Origin: Spirochaetia bacterium
Lineage (GTDB): Bacteria > Spirochaetota > Spirochaetia > UBA9216
Length of the DNA stretch: 64,000 nt
Reading direction: 5' to 3'
Assembly: GCA_965140585.1 (NCBI GenBank)
Contig: OZ223272.1
Span: forward strand, 192,001-256,000
Part shown: piece after piece, positions 58,513 to 64,000 of the stretch
Position numbering within the stretch: position 1 is the stretch's first letter
Layout: each line of letters opens with the position of its first letter
The notes under the pieces: generated by a model
Databases searched by the model: none
What the model was told of the DNA's origin: nothing
Seen by the model: the letters and a program-made list of their open reading frames with translations, nothing else
Position numbers and translations under genes: made by a program

Positions 58513-59759
58513 TAATTATCTCCCCAGATTGCCAGCTTCTCACCGCATTTTTCCAGAACGGTATCGGGGATAGCAGGTCCCGGTGTACAACCTGGAATAT
58601 GAATTGTGTCCGGATGATTTCTATATTTTTCAGGAGCACAATCACCTATAACAAAATACGGCCCCTGCTTTAAATGCTCTTCAAAATGAACATCATCTGC
58701 ATTGAAACCGATCATAAATGTCGGTTTACCGTTTCGTTCGACAATCTTTTCCCACAAGCCATCCTTTTCCCAGAATAAAGCAGGACCAATAAACCAGACA
58801 AAACAGCCTGGACACATCCCGCCGATAATCATATTACATGGGAACCGGTTATATAAAACTTCAACAGGTTTCTCAATATGAATGGATAGATCCTTTATCT
58901 CCGGACCTATTAGAATAATGCGGTTCCTTTCTATTTCTCCGGTGCCATCAAGGTAGGCGGTCCAGGGGAATATCAATTCATTTCTATCGATTGATAAAAG
59001 CTCAGAACAAATACTGTCGCTGGCTACTGGATCATTTGATGCAACCAGAACTCCTAGAAATCTTGGAGTAGAAAGATCAGGACCATCACCCTCACCAACG
59101 ATTACAGCATCTGTAAAACACAGCTGTTCAGGTATTAGCTTATGCACCTCAGATACAAGTTTCGGAAGCTGCCCCTGATGGTATTTTAATCTTGTTCTCT
59201 GATCTATCAATCCAACCCAGTTTTTAACTGAACCGGTCATAGCTCCAAAACGATGTGTTTTAAGCTTTGCAAAATTAATTACAGTATCAGCATCGAGCAT
59301 CTTTGAAGGAAGTGTGATTGACGATAGAATATCACTAAAAGGCATTTTAACCTGACGCCGTTCTGCGGGGTCATCGATATTAACCAACTCCGCACCTGCA
59401 GCCTTCACTTCCTTCCCCATTCCTGTAGCATCAAGAGCTTCTGAGCTTTTTGCAAAACCTGCCGAGGAATCACCAATATAAACGGTTTTAACTCCACGCT
59501 CCTTAAGAATAGAAGTTAGAGCTGCAACAAAACGTGGTTCAGTTGTAATACTATCCCTTGCGGTAGAACTTAGCAGCAGATTTGGTTTTATGAAAACAGT
59601 TCCTGTAGAAGGAATTTCAACTCCTGCACTCTCTAGATTACCTAAGGCTTCCTTCACCATTAAATAAAAATCAGTATTACTGTAGGAAAGTGTATTAGAC
59701 TTTACTATTGTGACTATTGACTTCTTTTCAGCAGCTTTTCTTTGCAGCCCCTTGGTCAT
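58512..59759 (-). CDS. DUF362-domain protein with a Cys-rich (Fe-S) C-terminus
   Basis: IKPNLL, IGDS, KLKTH...TGSVKN..G, GEGDGP, DPVASD; CPGC, IGDC and PGCTP. Confidence 0.85.
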   Translation of the reverse strand: MTKGLQRKAAEKKSIVTIVKSNTLSYSNTDFYLMVKEALGNLESAGVEIPSTGTVFIKPNLLLSSTARDSITTEPRFVAALTSILKERGVKTVYIGDSSAGFAKSSEALDATGMGKEVKAAGAELVNIDDPAERRQVKMPFSDILSSITLPSKMLDADTVINFAKLKTHRFGAMTGSVKNWVGLIDQRTRLKYHQGQLPKLVSEVHKLIPEQLCFTDAVIVGEGDGPDLSTPRFLGVLVASNDPVASDSICSELLSIDRNELIFPWTAYLDGTGEIERNRIILIGPEIKDLSIHIEKPVEVLYNRFPCNMIIGGMCPGCFVWFIGPALFWEKDGLWEKIVERNGKPTFMIGFNADDVHFEEHLKQGPYFVIGDCAPEKYRNHPDTIHIPGCTPGPAIPDTVLEKCGEKLAIWGDN

Positions 59760-60433
59760 TCCGCAACCTCCACAGCAATTGTTACTGGAGAACCATCCAG
59801 ACCTGACAGCCTCAGTGGAAATCCATACACCTTTGCAGGAACACAGCCTAAAAGAAGTCCTGTGTTTACATCCTCGTAGATAAGAAGTGTTCTTTCCCTG
59901 GATACTTTTTTATCCAGCAATGCCCGATGCACCGGAAAATCCTGCTTAGGACCAAGAACTGAACTTTCTATGCTAAGTGTATCAATAGCTACTGCCTTTA
60001 ATTCAGGGAGTTCATTACGTAAAAAAAGTGCAGCTTCTTCAGATAGAGCAGGAAAATCATCTGCATAAACCTTCCCGTCTTCCCTGTGGCTGCAGTAGCC
60101 TGTATGAAAAAAAATAATATCTGAACTGTAAACCTGTTCATATTCTTTAATCTGCTCAACTGAAATCAGGCCTGATTTATTCAATGGACATTCAATCAGA
60201 AGAGGTTTTGAGAATATAAAATCAGATATGGGGATCATATCAATGGTGAGTCCTTCATTGTCAAAATGGAATGGAGCATCAACATGAGTGCCTGCATGGA
60301 TATAATGGTGTATAACTGATGTGTTGCAGGGATCTCCGTTGTTCATCACATTTATTTTTTTGAAACTATCAAGCGGGCTTCCCGGGTAGACGGGAATGCT
60401 TTCTGAAAGGCTGTATGATAATTCTAAAAGCAT
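59756..60433 (-). CDS. Cyclase family (KynB-like) metal-dependent hydrolase
   Basis: HAGTHVDAPFH motif, DTLS, HRALL and PLRL.GLDGSP. Confidence 0.9.
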   Translation of the reverse strand: MLLELSYSLSESIPVYPGSPLDSFKKINVMNNGDPCNTSVIHHYIHAGTHVDAPFHFDNEGLTIDMIPISDFIFSKPLLIECPLNKSGLISVEQIKEYEQVYSSDIIFFHTGYCSHREDGKVYADDFPALSEEAALFLRNELPELKAVAIDTLSIESSVLGPKQDFPVHRALLDKKVSRERTLLIYEDVNTGLLLGCVPAKVYGFPLRLSGLDGSPVTIAVEVAE

Positions 60434-60451
60434 TACTCCTCCAAATCTGTT

Positions 60452-60540
60452 AAAAAAAAGAATTTTTTTCTTTTTTTTAACAGATTATCATATTTTTACC
60501 CTATGTCAAGAGAAATATTTTCTTTTTTAGAAATATTTTT
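60452..60540 (-). promoter_or_regulatory. Promoter flanked by GAAWWWTTTTC-type operator boxes (copy 2)
   Basis: Minus strand: box (60511-60528), TTGACA (60509-60504), 16 nt ending TGa, TAATCT (60487-60482), box (60452-60478). Confidence 0.75.
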
Positions 60541-60553
60541 ATTTACTTGAAGT

Positions 60554-61084
60554 TCAGAACACACTACAAAAAATTTGTTCTATCGAAGTATCGTTAGATT
60601 TAAGAATGAAATCACATACTTCACGAACAGCTCCAGCTCCCCCTCTACGCGAAGTGATAAAATCTGCTTCAGCCTTAACTATATCTAACGCATTCTTTAC
60701 TGCTACACCTATTTCGGAAACTCTTATCAGCGGAAGATCTATTTCATCATCGCCGATGTAGCAAATCTTTTCTGTATCGATATTTAGCGTGGACATTAGT
60801 TCTTTGTAAGTATTAATTTTATCTTTTTTCCCCATATAAATGTAATCAATACCAAGCTCATTTGCCCTGATTTCAGTAACTTTAGACTTCCTGGCTGAAA
60901 TAACTGCTACATCTATTCCAATCCTTCTTACAGCATGAATACCGATTCCGTCCAGGGCAGAAAAATTTCTGCCCTCAGTTCCGTCTGAATTTATTTTAAT
61001 AATTCCATCTGTGAGAACTCCATCAACATCGAGAATTAATAGTCGAATTTTTTTCCATTTTTCAGAATTAACTAGTTTTTTCAC
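60554..61084 (-). CDS. kdsC: KdsC/YrbI-family HAD phosphatase (3-deoxy-D-manno-octulosonate 8-phosphate phosphatase-like)
   Basis: LDVDGVLTDG, DGIG, YIGDDEID and GGAGAVREVCD motifs; the substrate may be a related ulosonate phosphate. Confidence 0.82.
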   Translation of the reverse strand: MKKLVNSEKWKKIRLLILDVDGVLTDGIIKINSDGTEGRNFSALDGIGIHAVRRIGIDVAVISARKSKVTEIRANELGIDYIYMGKKDKINTYKELMSTLNIDTEKICYIGDDEIDLPLIRVSEIGVAVKNALDIVKAEADFITSRRGGAGAVREVCDFILKSNDTSIEQIFCSVF

Positions 61085-61181
61085 AATAATACGTCCTTTT
61101 ATATGGCTGAAATTTACCGGATCATAAACTGAAAAGAAAAAAATTTCTATAATTTAGTTTACATATTAATTTTTATACAAT

Positions 61182-62054
61182 ATGATGGAATACGGATTTA
61201 ATATGGGAAGCGTTCCAGTACTAGCAATTATTAATGAGAAATATGACGAACTCACAAGGATGCAGCAGAAAATAGCTGATTATATCCGTAAAAATTCATC
61301 CGAAGTTATTCGTATGTCTATTTCGGATCTTGCCGAAGCAACCGGAAATAAAAGTGAATCATCAATAGTCCGTTTCTATAGAATACTAGGCTTCTCAGGT
61401 TATCACGACTTTAAAGTTGCGTTGGCAACTGAAATAGCCGGTAAATCTTTTTACCACACTTATTCAGAGCTTACTGAAAATGACAATGTCTCTACTGTAA
61501 AAGAAAAACTGTATAACGGAATAATTAAAACACTGCACGACAATTTCAACATGCTTAACGATGAACTGCTTGAAAAAGCGGTAAATATTATACTAAAAGC
61601 TAAAAGGTTATTCTTTCTCGGCTACGGACAGTCTGGATATCTTTGTGAAAATGCCCAGTTCAAGTTTACCCGTCTTGGATATAACTGTTTCTACAGTCCC
61701 GACAGCCACTATAATTCAATGCTTCTTTCAGAGGCTCAGGAAGGAGATGTCATATTCTCCATATCCTTCTCAGGGCTAACCAAGGATGTAATAGTTCCTA
61801 TACAGCAGTCTAAACCTGCAGCCAAAATAATAGCTCTTACCGGTTCAGCAAAATCACCGCTTGGTCAGCTGGCAGATGTGTGTCTAGTGTCCCACACTGA
61901 AGAACTTAATTACAGGACAGATGCAATGATAGCCAGGCATGTTCAAAACATGATACTAGATATTATCTATATTTCTGTAACAATCCAGCTTGGTGATTCA
62001 GTGGTAAACAGACTTAACACGATTAAACAGGCTTTTTCGTATCTGAAATACTAG
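61182..62054 (+). CDS. RpiR/MurR-family transcriptional regulator (HTH plus SIS)
   Basis: KIADYI...SESSIVRFYRILGFSGYHDFK; SIS domain GYGQS, SISFSG and SPLGQLAD. Confidence 0.93.
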   Translation: MMEYGFNMGSVPVLAIINEKYDELTRMQQKIADYIRKNSSEVIRMSISDLAEATGNKSESSIVRFYRILGFSGYHDFKVALATEIAGKSFYHTYSELTENDNVSTVKEKLYNGIIKTLHDNFNMLNDELLEKAVNIILKAKRLFFLGYGQSGYLCENAQFKFTRLGYNCFYSPDSHYNSMLLSEAQEGDVIFSISFSGLTKDVIVPIQQSKPAAKIIALTGSAKSPLGQLADVCLVSHTEELNYRTDAMIARHVQNMILDIIYISVTIQLGDSVVNRLNTIKQAFSYLKY

Positions 62055-62064
62055 GCACCTCCGG

Positions 62065-62979
62065 ATGAGGCATTTCAAACCCGGTTTATTAGTCCCGATT
62101 TTTTTTATGATTTGCTTCTGGGCGCTTACACCCGTTGCTATTGCTTACGTAAAAATCAATTTCTCGCTACCTTTTCAGATATGGATTCGTTATTGTGCAT
62201 CCTGCATTGTTCTTTGGTCAGTGATTCTTTTTAATAAAAATCTAAGAGAATCTCTTTCAAAAAATAAAACGGCCCTGAAGAATTACCTGAGAAAAGCTTT
62301 TATTACAGCCTTATGTACTTTATCATTTCAACTCCTTTACACATACTGCTTTTTTTTAATCCAGCCGACTTTCGGGATACTTCTGTATCAGTCACAAGCG
62401 CTTTTCTCTCTGCTGCTTGGAGCTCTTATAATAAAAGAAGAACGGAGATACCTGCAGTCAGGAAAAACAATCATCGGACTGCTCCTCACTGTTGCAGGAG
62501 CCACTACAGTTATACTTTTTTCATCATCGGGTATTAAAGTGTCTTTAAATTTAGGAATTTTAATGGCAGTACTTGCAGCCTTTTCCTGGGCACTTGTAGG
62601 GCTTACGAACCGTTTATGGCTTACACATTATTTCCATCCTGTGATTAATGTAACAATAGTCTTCAGTATTGTAAGCCTGATGCTTACACCTGCAGCATTC
62701 GTGGCTGCTCCCCCAGTATCCGGAAACCCGAATATTCTTAAGTGGATAATTCTTATCGGTTCCGGGTTACTGGGGGTGGCAGGAGGACAGGGACTATTTT
62801 ATTACATACTTCCCAGGATAGGATTGATTCCGGCAGCACTGGTGCAGCTCCTTGTCCCGTTTATAACTGGAATTTTCTCATATCTTATCTTAGGTGAGCT
62901 TATGAATATAATACAAATTTTCGGGGGAATATGTCTCCTTTCAGGCTGTGCGGTTATCATTGCACAAAAAGCAAAATAA
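62065..62979 (+). CDS. EamA/DMT-family transporter
   Basis: About 10 TM segments; FWA, two EamA-like repeats and LGE. Confidence 0.85.
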   Translation: MRHFKPGLLVPIFFMICFWALTPVAIAYVKINFSLPFQIWIRYCASCIVLWSVILFNKNLRESLSKNKTALKNYLRKAFITALCTLSFQLLYTYCFFLIQPTFGILLYQSQALFSLLLGALIIKEERRYLQSGKTIIGLLLTVAGATTVILFSSSGIKVSLNLGILMAVLAAFSWALVGLTNRLWLTHYFHPVINVTIVFSIVSLMLTPAAFVAAPPVSGNPNILKWIILIGSGLLGVAGGQGLFYYILPRIGLIPAALVQLLVPFITGIFSYLILGELMNIIQIFGGICLLSGCAVIIAQKAK

Positions 62980-62980
62980 C

Positions 62981-63775
62981 TTAATATGTCCCCATATATG
63001 GCTGACCAGTATGAGCAGTCAGTCCTCCATCAATCGGCAGGTTTACGCCATTGATAAAATCAGATTTTCTTGATGCCAGAAAGACAACTGCATTTGCAAC
63101 ATCAACCGGTTCAGCAATGTAATGTACCGGATAGGCTGCTTTGAATTTATCTTCTGCGCCCACAACAGAGCTGAATGTATTTTCAACAATTTCAGTTCTT
63201 ATTATTCCCGGACATACAGCATTAACCCTGATTCCCTTATCAGCATAATCAAGTGCCATACATCTGGTCATGTTGGTGATTGCACCCTTTGCTGTATTAT
63301 ACGCAACCATATCTGTATCCCCTAAAAGGCCTGAAACTGATGACATATTGATTATCGAACCCCATTGATTTTCGAGCATCTGAGGAAGAAAATAATATGA
63401 ACAGAGATAAACACCCCGCACATCTATATTCATGATACGATCCCAATCTTCAGGCTTTGTTTCATGCAGTTTTCCAGCCTGATGAATTCCGGCATTATTA
63501 AAAAGGATCTCACAGTTCCCAAATTCAGTTTTTACAAAGTCTGCCAGCTTACGCACATCATCTTCATTACTTACATCACCGCTAAAAAAGCGGACTTCTC
63601 CCGGAAAATTTCTGCTTTTTATTTCCTGAATCAGTTCATGCCCTCTCTGATCACGCCGTCCATTAAAAACGACCCTTGCGCCTTCCTCCACAAACCTTAG
63701 CACGGTTGCTTTTCCAATACCAGAAGTTCCGCCTGTTATCACACTAATTTTCTCTTTCAATTCCATCTTTATCAA
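62981..63775 (-). CDS. SDR-family oxidoreductase
   Basis: TGGTSGIG, NNAG, YNTAK and IRVNAVCPG motifs. Confidence 0.93.
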   Translation of the reverse strand: MIKMELKEKISVITGGTSGIGKATVLRFVEEGARVVFNGRRDQRGHELIQEIKSRNFPGEVRFFSGDVSNEDDVRKLADFVKTEFGNCEILFNNAGIHQAGKLHETKPEDWDRIMNIDVRGVYLCSYYFLPQMLENQWGSIINMSSVSGLLGDTDMVAYNTAKGAITNMTRCMALDYADKGIRVNAVCPGIIRTEIVENTFSSVVGAEDKFKAAYPVHYIAEPVDVANAVVFLASRKSDFINGVNLPIDGGLTAHTGQPYMGTY

Positions 63776-63890
63776 AGACCTCCTTTTTTGATATTGAATT
63801 AGAAATATTTTTCATGTTAACATAATATATATACTATTTTTGGAAATTTTTTCTTTTTTTTTATAAATTTTATACACATGCGGGGAACCA

Positions 63891-64000
63891 ATGTTAATCA
63901 AAGCAATTAGAGTTAATGAATACGGAAGTCCGGAAGTTCTTAAACAGGAAGAAATAGTTCTTCCTGAACCGGGCCCTGATGAAGTAATTGTACAGATTCA
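63891..64000 (+). CDS. MDR-family (NADPH:quinone oxidoreductase-like) protein, N-terminal part (runs off the window edge)
   Basis: Manual translation: MLIKAIRVNEYGSPEVLKQEEIVLPEPGPDEVIVQI. Confidence 0.8.
   Translation, partial: MLIKAIRVNEYGSPEVLKQEEIVLPEPGPDEVIVQI

Noticed and set aside
60554-61084. LPS/Kdo biosynthesis locus
   Set aside because: No kdsA, kdsB, kdsD or lpt genes nearby; the gene shares operator-like boxes with the catabolic operons.
418-63700. Numerous short ORFs overlapping annotated genes on the opposite strand or in other frames (for example 524..859, 42541..43128, 49363..49932)
   Set aside because: Shadow ORFs with no recognisable motifs or RBS, lying within well-supported genes.
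1-64000. CRISPR arrays, tRNA/rRNA genes, transposases, integrases, prophage or defence systems
   Set aside because: No regularly spaced repeats, cloverleaf or rRNA signatures, or corresponding protein motifs were seen; intergenic regions are short and accounted for.

Overview
Bacterial chromosomal window, most likely from an anaerobic, free-living spirochaete (Spirochaetaceae-like). This rests on secreted proteins with A-x-G-x-x-E N-termini, a CsgG-like outer-membrane protein and the intergenic palindromes, and is inference only. No rRNA, tRNA, CRISPR array, transposase or phage gene was seen. The window is dominated by catabolic and transport loci. (1) 1.3-11.7 kb: sugar ABC, URO-D, Gfo/Idh/MocA and isomerase genes under a LacI-solute-binding-protein fusion regulator, with two in-frame nonsense codons. 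(2) 11.8-19.8 kb: iron-sulfur flavoprotein, a membrane PAS/RsbW-type kinase, glycerol-1-phosphate dehydrogenase, HAD, FecR-domain protein and proC-proA-proB. (3) 19.9-25.4 kb: a decaying sugar ABC/FGGY kinase locus. (4) 25.5-30.9 kb: FadR plus a three-gene FAD/Fe-S(CCG)/FAD oxidoreductase. (5) 31-32.3 kb: a collapsed dipeptide ABC operon. (6) 32.5-37.7 kb: an operon of ThiS/MoaD, a divergent YidC and EamA, head-to-head with an aldehyde:ferredoxin oxidoreductase (AOR) operon preceded by a Moco/Wco-type riboswitch. (7) 37.8-64 kb: a large, apparently uncharacterised sugar-acid catabolic regulon with KdsC, two cyclase-family hydrolases, DUF362, two ABC systems, DgoK, a DHDPS-type aldolase, a LarA nickel-pincer epimerase, FAH, UxuA and SDRs, tied together by repeated RpiR-type operator and promoter modules. 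The most notable signals are this regulon, the YidC paralogue with an altered groove, the riboswitch, and a set of nonsense codons mostly consistent with G>T changes.
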